A stretch of DNA of 64,000 nt, taken from the NCBI GenBank assembly GCA_000165345.1, contig CM000434.1, positions 1,184,001 to 1,248,000 on the forward strand. Direction: 5' to 3'. Below the pieces are notes generated by a model. It was not told the DNA's origin, searched no databases, and saw only the letters and a program-made list of their open reading frames with translations. Shown one piece after another: positions 51,923-62,063 of this stretch. The position numbers were made by a program, and so were the translations under genes. How positions within the stretch are numbered: position 1 is the first letter of the stretch; every line of letters starts with the position of its first letter.

Positions 51923-52184
51923 GAATGAGCAGAAACATATTGTAAATGTATTTATTATATTGGAATTAAAGAGGTTTATAGTTCGTGAGAAGAAGTAGGT
52001 ATTGTGTACATTTTTTTTATTTATTTCTATTATTTTAAGAGAAACAAATTATCGGTAAAAGTTGAGTTAAATTTACGATTTAAATACCCAGAATTTTGTG
52101 TTACAAATAAATTCCAAGTTGCAATTTTAATTCAAATTTATAAGTAAAGACACGTAATTCCGAGGGGGAAGTGGTAACCTTTTT

Positions 52185-52215
52185 GGCGCCAATTGTGGGG
52201 AAATAATGGGCATGC
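52185..52215. promoter_or_regulatory. TTTTGGCGCCAATTGTGGGG...GGGCATGCAGGG (GGCGCC 52185-52190; GCATGC 52210-52215)
   Basis: 40-65 bp upstream of the kinase ATG at 52251. Confidence 0.5.
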
Positions 52216-52250
52216 AGGGAAAAAAAAAATGTGTGTAAGTATGAGGAATA

Positions 52251-54305
52251 ATGAGAGAGGAGTATAACTATGATAGTTATAAGTACAGAGAGGGTGGAAT
52301 TAAAAGAGAGGAGTTGAAACAAAATAAGTTTGGTAGAGCAGAACTTTTAAAAAAGGAAAATGAATTAAGCAAACGAGAAGGAGCAGTGTTAAAGTCCAAA
52401 AATGTTCCAAAGCTTGCTTTGGAATCTGTGGATCCAAAAAGCAAATGGAAACAAATAACATCTAGTACATTCTACGGTGACTCGGGTCCATTACTTTCAA
52501 AGTTACACTCAGTTCCAGAGGAATTACAAAGACACTTTGAGATTTATGATGGAATTGAGGGAGTATTAGGTAGAGGAGCGTATTCAAGCGTATTTAAGAT
52601 CAGAAGTAAAAGAAGTGGTAATATATATGCATTAAAAGTTATGAGCGTAGAGCATTTTACTTGTAGAGGATTGTCAGGACAATTAAGAAGAGAAATTCAA
52701 CTTCAATCACAATGTTTTCATCCTAATATTGTTCAGTTATATAAATGTTTGGAACATAATGGGTATGTATTTTTGATTCTAGAGTATGTAGACACTAATT
52801 TATTCAATATTCTTCATAGAAAAAAGAAGAACCATGTAATTAGAGCTGGAGCTAGACGAAATAGATATATTCCAAGTGACGAAGAATATCAAGAAGAAGA
52901 ATCGTCTCTTTTTGCAAGAAATGAAGTGGTGAGTTATTTAACCCAAATACTCAAGGCTATTAATTATCTTCATGAAATGAGTATAGTTCATAGAGATGTT
53001 AAGCCTGAGAATATTTTAATTTCTTGTGAAGGAAGAGTTAAGCTTGGAGATTTTGGGTGGTGTGGAGATTTATGTAGGAGATGTAATTCAATGGCAGGAA
53101 CATTCTGTTATATGGCTCCAGAAATCCTTAAAGGTGAAAGACAAACAGCTAAAGTGGATTCTTGGAGCGTTGGAATTTTAATTTACGAGCTTTATATGGG
53201 AAATGTACCATTTATTCCAAATAACTCATCTGGAGGAGGAGGGAGAGGAGGAAGAGAGGGAGAATGTGATGGAAATACTAATTCTCAAGTAATTTCAATG
53301 CTAAATTCTATTAGAGAAATCTCCAAGGATGCAAGACCCAGTAGATTTCCACCAGATGCCTGGCATCTTTGTTGTTGGCTACTAAGGAAAAACTCCAACG
53401 AAAGAGCTTCTCCAATTCAAGCTCTCAACCATCCATTTCTAGCTGATGGCAACCTTACTTCTCCCATTCCTATTACTCCTTTCAGAAGGCCTGAATTTCA
53501 ATTAAATTCTACTCCAAAGACTGTCAGGCAAGATATATCTTCCCCTAAAGTACAAAATTCCACTACTTTTACTACCCTTCCTCTTGTTGCAGTTCCCACT
53601 CCAAGAAAAGCCTCCGAGAAGGAAAAGTTGAGGCCAGAAACCCAAATTAAAAGAATGGTAACTGAGATACCAACTAATATGTATAACTATAACTATAACT
53701 ATAACTCTGAAAGAAGTTCTGGTTTGCATGCCAATAATAACTATCTCTCGCAGAAAACTGCTTTGAATGCACCTGTTGTTGGAGTTGGACCAGGAATTAA
53801 TGTTGTTTCTGTCCAAACTGATCACTACAAACAACAAAATCCTAGTTCTGAAACTAGGTACTATCAATATCAACAGGCCCGTGTCGCAAATACCAAAAGA
53901 GCAGATGAACCTCAGAGAAGAGATCTTTCTGTTGTTAGGAATCCTCTTCCCAGAGATCATTTTGGCCCAGGATACTTACAAAAGATTCCTCAACAGTATC
54001 CTATTGATCAAAACCCTAGAATCAATTATAATGAAAACTTCCAGGTTTCATCAAGGCCTGTATTTGATAGAAATCAGTTATATGGACAAGCACCACCTCA
54101 GCCTCAAGGAATCATCTCTCGTGATATTTATATGCCTCCTGTTCCACAAATGGGATCAGGATTTCCCCAAAATCAGCCCAACAAACCCATATTAAGGCAA
54201 AATACACCTCCAAATAGATATGTCAGTCAACCTCCCATATATTACTATGAACAACAACCATCACAAGTAAGAAGGAATCACTACATATCACAAAACCACC
54301 ATTGA
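52251..54305 (+). CDS. Aurora-family Ser/Thr kinase with long Q/P/N-rich C-terminal tail
   Basis: Kinase motifs: LGRGAYSSVFK...YALKVM, HPNIVQLY, VHRDVKPENILIS, GDFGW (the Aurora-typical DFGWS), GTFCYMAPE, DSWSVGILIYELYMGNVPF. There is a kinase-insert region. A (TATAAC)4 repeat at 53684-53710 encodes NYNYNYN. Confidence 0.8.
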   Translation: MREEYNYDSYKYREGGIKREELKQNKFGRAELLKKENELSKREGAVLKSKNVPKLALESVDPKSKWKQITSSTFYGDSGPLLSKLHSVPEELQRHFEIYDGIEGVLGRGAYSSVFKIRSKRSGNIYALKVMSVEHFTCRGLSGQLRREIQLQSQCFHPNIVQLYKCLEHNGYVFLILEYVDTNLFNILHRKKKNHVIRAGARRNRYIPSDEEYQEEESSLFARNEVVSYLTQILKAINYLHEMSIVHRDVKPENILISCEGRVKLGDFGWCGDLCRRCNSMAGTFCYMAPEILKGERQTAKVDSWSVGILIYELYMGNVPFIPNNSSGGGGRGGREGECDGNTNSQVISMLNSIREISKDARPSRFPPDAWHLCCWLLRKNSNERASPIQALNHPFLADGNLTSPIPITPFRRPEFQLNSTPKTVRQDISSPKVQNSTTFTTLPLVAVPTPRKASEKEKLRPETQIKRMVTEIPTNMYNYNYNYNSERSSGLHANNNYLSQKTALNAPVVGVGPGINVVSVQTDHYKQQNPSSETRYYQYQQARVANTKRADEPQRRDLSVVRNPLPRDHFGPGYLQKIPQQYPIDQNPRINYNENFQVSSRPVFDRNQLYGQAPPQPQGIISRDIYMPPVPQMGSGFPQNQPNKPILRQNTPPNRYVSQPPIYYYEQQPSQVRRNHYISQNHH

Positions 54306-54614
54306 TTGGAGTATTGGGTCTTAAAGGGTTTTCTCTCCCCTTAAAGAGAGGGCTTTTCTTAAGCGTCTAGCTAGATTCAATTAGATCATCTAGTAGGAGT
54401 ATAGAGTTTAAGGATATATATTAAACATTCTCTCGAGTAAGGAAAGAAAGAAAAAAATATCGACTAATGTTAAGTCTTTTCTAGTCAATTTGTTCGATTT
54501 CTTGTACTAAAAATACGGTGAAAGTAATAAAAAGTAATATTTAAAAGCTCGAGTCTTTTATGATAAATCATCAGAAATACTATCTCCTCTGTTTCCTAAG
54601 TAGTGAGGGAGGAT

Positions 54615-57600
54615 TCATCTCCTCGAGTACCTATAATTGCCTTGGAAGCTAGATTCATAAGGTTCAGGAGCAGGAGGGTAATGGTGAGCCGATCCACCCT
54701 CCATCTGAGGAGGAGGATATCCGTGGAAGGATTTCCTGAATCCTCCAGAGTGGGAGTGGGATCCATATTGGGATGCTCCCCCTCCAGACTTGCTATGGCT
54801 TCCACCTGTCTGACTCCCAAAGTTGTCTGCTGCATGATTATGTCTAGAGTGAGAATAATTGCTCGAATGTTGGCTCTGGTATCCTCCACTTCCTCCTCCA
54901 CCACCTCCACCACCAGAATTATAATGATAACTGTTATGATGAGAAGTTCCGAACTTTCTGGATCCAAAATCGTCCTCTGAGTTCGCTTTCCCTTGCTTCT
55001 GTCTCACCATGTATTCCTTATACCTCTTATAATCCTCCAAATGTTTAGATCTCTTAAAGAATCCCTCAGTCTTCCACCAGTTCAACAGCTTTCTCAAAGT
55101 ATTCTCGGATTTCCTCCATAACTGAAACCCTTTATGATTTACATAAATCCCATCTTCAAAGTGTATCCTAGCTCCACTTGAACCTACTCTTGAATTTGGT
55201 GGAACTGAAATTAGATGAAATCTACAAGGAATCTGTTTATCAGCTGTTATACCCCAAACTATCGAGTTACCACTTGTAGAGGATTCCACTAAAAGCTCAG
55301 TAACCAGATTCTGATATTCCATATTAGATCTATACTTTGGATGACTAAATACATTTGAAAGGTGTACCTTCAAAGGATGTACATATTGAATCAATATTTG
55401 ATCAATATCATTAAAATCTGAATCATCTATTCTTAATCTTCTTCCTAGCTCTCCAGGAAGCCTTTGGTCAAACTCATCTATGTTAATCACCTTAAACATA
55501 AAGGGATTTTCACAAACTTTTACATACATATTCAACTTATCTATATATTTAGTTGATGATTTAATTATTACTTCTCCCAAAGGTACTGTCTCACTCTTCA
55601 TATGCTCAATTATCTGCTCATGAGTCCAACTCCTAAAGTTTGGATGATGAATTGTACGTAATATTGTTCCACGATACTTGTTATCACCCCTACTCTCTCT
55701 GTCCCAAAGTCTGTCTCCTGATCCAATACCATTCTTGCCTAATCCAGAGTTGAGATTCAGTCCTGAGCTTGTAGATAATACATTCAAGTTCTTTTTGAAC
55801 AATATAAAGGCAAAGTGACGAATATCTGTCCAAATTAAAGCAGATAGATCATCTTGTAATAAGTTAAAGTCATTTCTTTGGTATTCTTGAATTGCTATAT
55901 TATGCATAGAAATCGATGATGAATCTGTATTGTTTGTTTGTCCACCTTGAGATTGTGAAGATCCTCCAGAATTACTATCATATCTATGTTTCTCTATCAT
56001 ATCAAGACGATACTGTTGTTGTCTCCAAACTCCATCAATTAAGTAATTTAATATATTACAAATCTTACTCTGAGATAAATTAACAAATACACAATGTTGA
56101 GAAAAATCTATATTTGTAACAATAGCTTGTAAAGGAGTATTCAATTTAAATAAATTATCAAATGAGACGGATTGAAGCTTAGGAAACTCGTCAAGGAGTT
56201 CTTCCCATAATGTATCAAAATCTTCAAGCACTACTTTCATATTATATTGATCAAACCAAAGTGTAATTGGACATCTAGAAGGTCCTCTAACGTTGTTTAA
56301 AACTCCTGTAATTCTGCATGTAATCTCACAACCAATAAATAAATCTTCTTTAGAAATCTCAAAAGATTCTCTGAGTTGTCTAGACTTTTCAATACCTCTA
56401 AATTCTCTTGAAACAAATGAACAGTCATAAGGCTTCTTAAGTTCTCTAAGCATTCTATTAAGATATGGAAGAAGTCTTGGTCTATCTTGGTTTTCATACA
56501 TAAGCTTTGCATAAGCTTCAAGATCAAGTGTCTCAAGCTTTGAGCTTCTTTTTGAAATCCAAGTCCAAAGTACTGTCTCATCCTTTTCTTTAGACTTTTG
56601 TCTAATTCCAGATACACTTTCCTCAGAAACTTGATCACGAATATTACCTAGAATTGTCAAAACTAGCTCCTTATCCTCCACATCGCTAAGTCGACTAATA
56701 TCAAATATGTTCAAATTCCTATTGTATTCTCTTTCATTACAGCTTTCTTCATCAACTCTAAGAAAGACTTGAGCATTCAAATAGACATTCTTTGTGAGAC
56801 AACCATCTTGATGTTGTTCACCTTGTCTAAAGTCGTATTCATAATGATTATTATCAATAGATGATGATTTTCTATGGTTTGTTGTTTCATTATGGTTGTC
56901 ATCTTGTCTTAATTGGCTTCTGGTAGAAATTGGTCCTGGATGAGAGTCTAAATAAAATGCCAAAGATTTGGCTTTTCTTGGTCCTAAACCACTCACAAAC
57001 TTAAGTGGGGACTGTAAATGAGAGTGACCTTTCATTCTGTTGATCTGCACTCCAAGATTAGCAACTACAGAGCGGATAGCCAAAAGTAAGTGGAATTGGA
57101 GCATTTTCGGATCTACACTGTCTTGAAGTCTGTGTAATTTTAGGCATGTAATAGGATTAAACCAATCTTTTGCTCCAGTTGAAGAGGATGAGCTAATAGC
57201 TCCGAGTTCATTATCTAAACCAAAAATATTGGCACTTAGCTCACTTTCAATTTCATTTCCTGAGTCCTCCCAAAGCTGTAATTGTTCAGCTAAGGGATTT
57301 TGAACAAGTCTTCCAACAGAAACTGCTAGACTGACATACATTGGATACTCTGATTGAAGACCTTTTGGTTTTTGTGACCCAGAAGTCTTTTGATCAGAAC
57401 CTGATCTACGTACTAGAGCTCTTGAGACATCCATAGAAACAAATAGAAATCCTGGAGTAAACTTGTGATCCTTTCTTTTAACTTTCTTGAGAATATTATT
57501 CCAAAGACCTGCTAACTCTAAGCTCTTTCTATCTGAAATCCCAACACAAATATAGTGAGGATAGTACATTTTTGTGAATCGAATTAGATTCTCCATATCC

Positions 57601-60600
57601 TCTTCAAAGCGTTGAGATTCTAAAGATCCTGAATTATCTCCTTTATCATTATATCTACTATCATTATGTCTAGAATTTCGATGAGACATATTACCTAATA
57701 AATGATCCATTACTAAAAAGTCTCTAAGCTCTCCAAAAATATCTAAAGAAACTACACAGACTTTAAATCCATTCTGAGCTTTCTCAACCACACAAGATAT
57801 TACATTAAGACCCCAATTTGTATTATATTCTTCTTTGATTGTATTAAAATTGTCTTCAGAGGCTCCTCTCCATCTGGAATTTCTAGATCTTCTAGAAATA
57901 AAGTTTTCATCATCACTTTCAATAGTATTTCCAGAATAATCATTATCAAAATCATCTTCATCTGAGTCATAATCATCGTCTTTCTTAGTTTTTTCTCCTT
58001 TATGATTTTCTCCAGATCTACCATTTTGGGTATCCATTGTTTCATCTTTTCCAGGATGCTTTGGGGGAAGAACCCGGAGTCTTTTTTGAAGATTAAGTGA
58101 ACAAAGCTCAGCAATATATTCCTGAGATCTCATTTTGAGGTAATTAATTACCTCAATTCTAAAGCTTGGAAAAAGTTCTTTTTCAATTAATCTATGTAGA
58201 ATTGGAATTTGGATAAGCTTACTCCAAATTGAGCCTGAAATACTAACATATCCATATTTTAATTCATCCAATATATTTCTTACAATTCTGTTATCAATAT
58301 TATCACTATTAACATACATTCTGAACTCCTGGTCAAATCTATTCATGATTGGAGCTGGTAAAGATCCTTTTTGAATCGAATTTGATTCTATTCCAGAATC
58401 TAGGAGTCCAATTTCATGTAAGAAACGCTCTTTGATTCTAGCTTCTCCATCTGATCCTCTCCATGGAGCAGGATCATCTATACAAAGAGGATGGACAATA
58501 AGCTCAATCAATCCACGTCTCTCAAGTTCGAGAACTTCAGAGCATAAACATCCGTCAAACAATGTGTTAGAATTAGAGTTTTGAGCATCCAAACCTGAAT
58601 CATCATTCAAAGGAAGATATGTTCCAGGTAATAAAGTATTAACAGGTTTTCTAAATAGCCTTCTTGCAAGCCAAAAAACTCCATTAGGACTTAATGTCTT
58701 TTCACCCTTTGTAGTTGTAACTGTAGTAATACAAGCATTAGAAAGGAAGTACTCAAATATCTTGGCTCTAATTGCTGGAAAGCTTGCAAGGCGTCTAGAT
58801 TCATATACAATTAACGAATCCAAGATTTTCTCGCTACTTGAAAACATCGGATTATCCTGTCTAACCAATTTTTCTAACCATTTATGAAGAGCTGTCTTAG
58901 AATTCTCTAAAACAGGACCTCCTGGAGGAAGTAGACTAAATGTATTTGGAAGGCCAGGAATAGTTCCAGATGGTGTAGAACAATGAAATTGTGGAGATGT
59001 AAAGCTCTTTAAATATAGAGATAAAACATAAGGAGAAACAATATGTGGACTCCAAACTTTAAAGAGCTCATTTGTTTCAATGTACTCAAATAGCTCAATC
59101 ATATAGTTCCTCCTTTGTTTTCTGTTAGAATATCCCATATTATCTTTTCCAATTTGTGTAGATTGTATAATATTTGATGATTCTCCAATAGAAGTTTCTT
59201 CAATTTGCTTAAATCTTGGAGTGTCGATATGATAAAGGAAATAAGATCTAATATTATCAATATCTCTGGATGAATCAAAGTAATAGCTAGATTGGAGTGT
59301 TTCCTGTAAGCCTGAGACAGTAAGGAATGCCTGGATTATATGATCTTCAGGAAGTTCATACAATTCAGAGATTCTAAATATATCAGAAATAGATTTCTTT
59401 TCTCGAATAGATAAAAGTTTCTGTTGGAAGCTTTCAATTGATAATTTGAGTTTATAATATATAGAATCTAAGAAAACAATCTTTCCCAAAAGAAAGTCAT
59501 TAAGAGGAGGCTGTATCAGATGCATTTTATGTAGGGAAATATATGGGACATCCAATCTTTCATTTAGAATCCAGTCCAAAACTAAAAAGACAGCGTTAGA
59601 AACCACCTGCATTACACCTCCGTTTGAGACATATGGGAAAGATGTTTTAAATTCCAGATTGTGGGATCTTCTTAAAAGCTCCTCCTTAAAAAGTTCTGGG
59701 TAAGTTTGAAGGAATTTCCTTGAAATCCATAAAGCCTCTTGTTGTAGCTCCTGCTTACTAATCTTCCTTTCTTTAAGTGACTTCCAACGGCTTCCATATA
59801 ATAGATATAGTCTCTCAGGTATATCAGCATATTTAACTTCGCCATCAAAGTCAGTAAGAAACTGTCCTTGCAATTGAGCTGGTTCAGAAATACTATGCAA
59901 AGTTTGAAGGGTAGTTTTCTTCATTTTATCCTGTATATTCTCCACTTCACCTTCTTCTCTTTCAATTCCCTCACCAAAGAGCTCCTCATCAATATCATCT
60001 ACCATATCAATTTCGTGATCTCCACCTACAATAGTCTTTTCACTGTCAAGCTCTTCTGATACTTTGGGAAACTTTGTGTTGTTATAATTTTCAGAATCAA
60101 GCATAGGACCACCTTCTAATACATCTTTACTTTTTGAAACCTTGTTCATAAGTATATCCATAACCGTATCATAGTCACCAAATACTGATTGAATAATGTT
60201 GAACTCGTCTCCTCTAAGACCCTTTTCATCCATATCATCGACCATCCAATCATCAGCATCTTCAGAATTCTCTGAATCAAATCCAGGAACAGGATCATAA
60301 TCTCTAGGTTTATAAGATGAGTCCTCCTCTTGATCAGCACCAGTATTAAAAAGAAGATCTTCCAAATCTCCAATATCCTTACCGACAAGTGTCTTATTGG
60401 GAGAATCAAGAGCTTCAGAGACTTTCTTTAAACGGTGTTTCTGAGAATCTTTGTTGAGACGTATTCCAGTATTTTCCTCAATTAAAGCTAAGTCATCCTC
60501 TTCTAAGCCTCCTCTAAGAATCTCGTCGTCATCGTCATCCTCTGAACTCTCATTACCTGCTTCAGGCATGCCATTTGAAGCAAGTAGATCTCCTTCACCT

Positions 60601-61313
60601 TGGCTGGCTGAATGAGACAGAATATGTGGACCTCTGTACACCAAACTATCATCAATACCATCCTCTTCGACCTCATCAGCAATAAAATCCTTCAATTCAT
60701 CGTAACCCTCTTCGTCATCCTCATCTTCATCTTCTGATGATGAGCGAGAGTCTCTTTTTCTACGATTAGGACGTTCTTGGCTTCCCTCTCTAGCTTTTTC
60801 TTCCCCATCCTCATCATCTTCTTCGGCCTCGTCATGAATATACATTTTGTATTTTTCGCGATTCTTCTTTTGGCTTTTAGAGACAGAAGACTTCCTCTTA
60901 CGGCTTCGCTTTTCTGACCTAGAGTCATCAGAAATTTCAGAAGAATCGCTTTGAGAAGAATGATTGTCAGATGTGGTAGCATGTAACAGAGCTTGTAAAG
61001 ATCCTCCTCCTATTATAGATCCCTGTTGACGACGCTTCTTCTTTTTTGGTCTTTGAGCCCGAGAATTTTCTGTGAGTTTATTAGCGGAACTCAAAATCTT
61101 AGTGGAATCATCTTGAGTATCTTCTAATTCATTCTTATCAGTATTACCGACTAATTCATCCTTATCCTCAGTAAAAGTCTTTTCATTGGCCTTATTAGCA
61201 TCAAAGACATCTAAATCCTGAGAACCAGACTCTTCTAAGCTTTGAAAAACCTTGTCAGTAGCTTCATTAGTGTTTGACCCTCCTTCATGAGAGCTCCTTG
61301 ATTCTTGTTCCAT
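54615..61313 (-). CDS. SPT6: Transcription elongation factor SPT6 (2232 aa) with acidic N-terminus, YqgF/HhH/S1 core, tandem SH2 and G/S/Y/H-rich C-terminal tail
   Basis: The N-terminus is D/E/S-rich. The SH2 region HPNFRSWTHEQIIEHMKSETVPLGEVIIKSSTKYIDKLNMYVKVCENPFMFKVINIDEF matches Spt6 (HPLFKNFNSKQAEEYL...GDVVIRPSSKG.DHLTVTWKVADGIYQHIDV). The YqgF-like block GLNVISCVVEKAQNGFKVCVVSLDIFGELRDF and the overall order fit Spt6/Tex. Confidence 0.8.
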   Translation of the reverse strand: MEQESRSSHEGGSNTNEATDKVFQSLEESGSQDLDVFDANKANEKTFTEDKDELVGNTDKNELEDTQDDSTKILSSANKLTENSRAQRPKKKKRRQQGSIIGGGSLQALLHATTSDNHSSQSDSSEISDDSRSEKRSRKRKSSVSKSQKKNREKYKMYIHDEAEEDDEDGEEKAREGSQERPNRRKRDSRSSSEDEDEDDEEGYDELKDFIADEVEEDGIDDSLVYRGPHILSHSASQGEGDLLASNGMPEAGNESSEDDDDDEILRGGLEEDDLALIEENTGIRLNKDSQKHRLKKVSEALDSPNKTLVGKDIGDLEDLLFNTGADQEEDSSYKPRDYDPVPGFDSENSEDADDWMVDDMDEKGLRGDEFNIIQSVFGDYDTVMDILMNKVSKSKDVLEGGPMLDSENYNNTKFPKVSEELDSEKTIVGGDHEIDMVDDIDEELFGEGIEREEGEVENIQDKMKKTTLQTLHSISEPAQLQGQFLTDFDGEVKYADIPERLYLLYGSRWKSLKERKISKQELQQEALWISRKFLQTYPELFKEELLRRSHNLEFKTSFPYVSNGGVMQVVSNAVFLVLDWILNERLDVPYISLHKMHLIQPPLNDFLLGKIVFLDSIYYKLKLSIESFQQKLLSIREKKSISDIFRISELYELPEDHIIQAFLTVSGLQETLQSSYYFDSSRDIDNIRSYFLYHIDTPRFKQIEETSIGESSNIIQSTQIGKDNMGYSNRKQRRNYMIELFEYIETNELFKVWSPHIVSPYVLSLYLKSFTSPQFHCSTPSGTIPGLPNTFSLLPPGGPVLENSKTALHKWLEKLVRQDNPMFSSSEKILDSLIVYESRRLASFPAIRAKIFEYFLSNACITTVTTTKGEKTLSPNGVFWLARRLFRKPVNTLLPGTYLPLNDDSGLDAQNSNSNTLFDGCLCSEVLELERRGLIELIVHPLCIDDPAPWRGSDGEARIKERFLHEIGLLDSGIESNSIQKGSLPAPIMNRFDQEFRMYVNSDNIDNRIVRNILDELKYGYVSISGSIWSKLIQIPILHRLIEKELFPSFRIEVINYLKMRSQEYIAELCSLNLQKRLRVLPPKHPGKDETMDTQNGRSGENHKGEKTKKDDDYDSDEDDFDNDYSGNTIESDDENFISRRSRNSRWRGASEDNFNTIKEEYNTNWGLNVISCVVEKAQNGFKVCVVSLDIFGELRDFLVMDHLLGNMSHRNSRHNDSRYNDKGDNSGSLESQRFEEDMENLIRFTKMYYPHYICVGISDRKSLELAGLWNNILKKVKRKDHKFTPGFLFVSMDVSRALVRRSGSDQKTSGSQKPKGLQSEYPMYVSLAVSVGRLVQNPLAEQLQLWEDSGNEIESELSANIFGLDNELGAISSSSSTGAKDWFNPITCLKLHRLQDSVDPKMLQFHLLLAIRSVVANLGVQINRMKGHSHLQSPLKFVSGLGPRKAKSLAFYLDSHPGPISTRSQLRQDDNHNETTNHRKSSSIDNNHYEYDFRQGEQHQDGCLTKNVYLNAQVFLRVDEESCNEREYNRNLNIFDISRLSDVEDKELVLTILGNIRDQVSEESVSGIRQKSKEKDETVLWTWISKRSSKLETLDLEAYAKLMYENQDRPRLLPYLNRMLRELKKPYDCSFVSREFRGIEKSRQLRESFEISKEDLFIGCEITCRITGVLNNVRGPSRCPITLWFDQYNMKVVLEDFDTLWEELLDEFPKLQSVSFDNLFKLNTPLQAIVTNIDFSQHCVFVNLSQSKICNILNYLIDGVWRQQQYRLDMIEKHRYDSNSGGSSQSQGGQTNNTDSSSISMHNIAIQEYQRNDFNLLQDDLSALIWTDIRHFAFILFKKNLNVLSTSSGLNLNSGLGKNGIGSGDRLWDRESRGDNKYRGTILRTIHHPNFRSWTHEQIIEHMKSETVPLGEVIIKSSTKYIDKLNMYVKVCENPFMFKVINIDEFDQRLPGELGRRLRIDDSDFNDIDQILIQYVHPLKVHLSNVFSHPKYRSNMEYQNLVTELLVESSTSGNSIVWGITADKQIPCRFHLISVPPNSRVGSSGARIHFEDGIYVNHKGFQLWRKSENTLRKLLNWWKTEGFFKRSKHLEDYKRYKEYMVRQKQGKANSEDDFGSRKFGTSHHNSYHYNSGGGGGGGGSGGYQSQHSSNYSHSRHNHAADNFGSQTGGSHSKSGGGASQYGSHSHSGGFRKSFHGYPPPQMEGGSAHHYPPAPEPYESSFQGNYRYSRR

Positions 61314-61636
61314 ATCCCTTAGGATTTCTCCCTTAAGCTTAAGAAAACTCTTGCCAAGACAAAAATTTTCCTGTTAATTCCTAATTCCTATTTCAAACAT
61401 AACACGATCCAACAATTTTAATAGCCTTATTTTTTCTGTCTTACGGAATTCCTAATATTAGGAGTACTAGTTCAAATTTACTCTATTTGCCTTTCAATTG
61501 ACCTTCTAGAAATACGATACTCTTTTTTTTTTACCTAACTTTCCCCCTTTTTTAATTAATTTTTCTGGCTGCCTTTTTTTACGCGGAACAATTCATATAT
61601 TGAAAAAAAATACCTTTATTTTTCGATACCTCTTTT

Positions 61637-61642
61637 GGCGCC
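61637..61642. promoter_or_regulatory. TTTTGGCGCCAAAAT palindrome (GGCGCC)
   Basis: Divergent spacer between SPT6 (ATG 61313, minus) and the ABC-F gene (ATG 62064, plus). Confidence 0.45.
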
Positions 61643-62063
61643 AAAATAAATCTAAAAAATTTTGAGATAGCTGAATAGAAACAAAGCAGTATAAATTATC
61701 ATTTCGTTGAAGGTTGAACATTTCTTTTACAGTAAGACTGTAATTTGATTCTAAACTTATATACTCTAATGGAATTTCTACTTGAGTATTTTTTATATTA
61801 TGAATATTGATCCAAGCATTGGCTGAATATTGGTAACTGTTTGTTTTTAATAGCAACTAAAGTGAGTGCTTGAGGATTTGTGCCAATTTGGTTGGTGATC
61901 TTAACTATATACTTGCTGCAAATTTGTCAATATTCTTTTATAGATAAACTTTACAATAATTAAAGAATTTGGCTTGGCAGACATTGATTTTGGCGGCAAC
62001 TTCTTGAATATTACGGCATTTAATCAACAATTGGTAGAACTACTATTAAACGGAGTTTTAAAT

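Noticed and set aside
54596-54980. Overlapping 123-aa (-) and 125-aa (+) ORFs at the 3' end of SPT6
   Set aside because: Both overlap the C-terminal low-complexity coding region of SPT6 in other frames or on the opposite strand. No independent support.
61577-61590. TTTTACGCGGAAC as an additional E2F site upstream of SPT6
   Set aside because: It only loosely fits the TTTSSCGC consensus, and it is a single occurrence.
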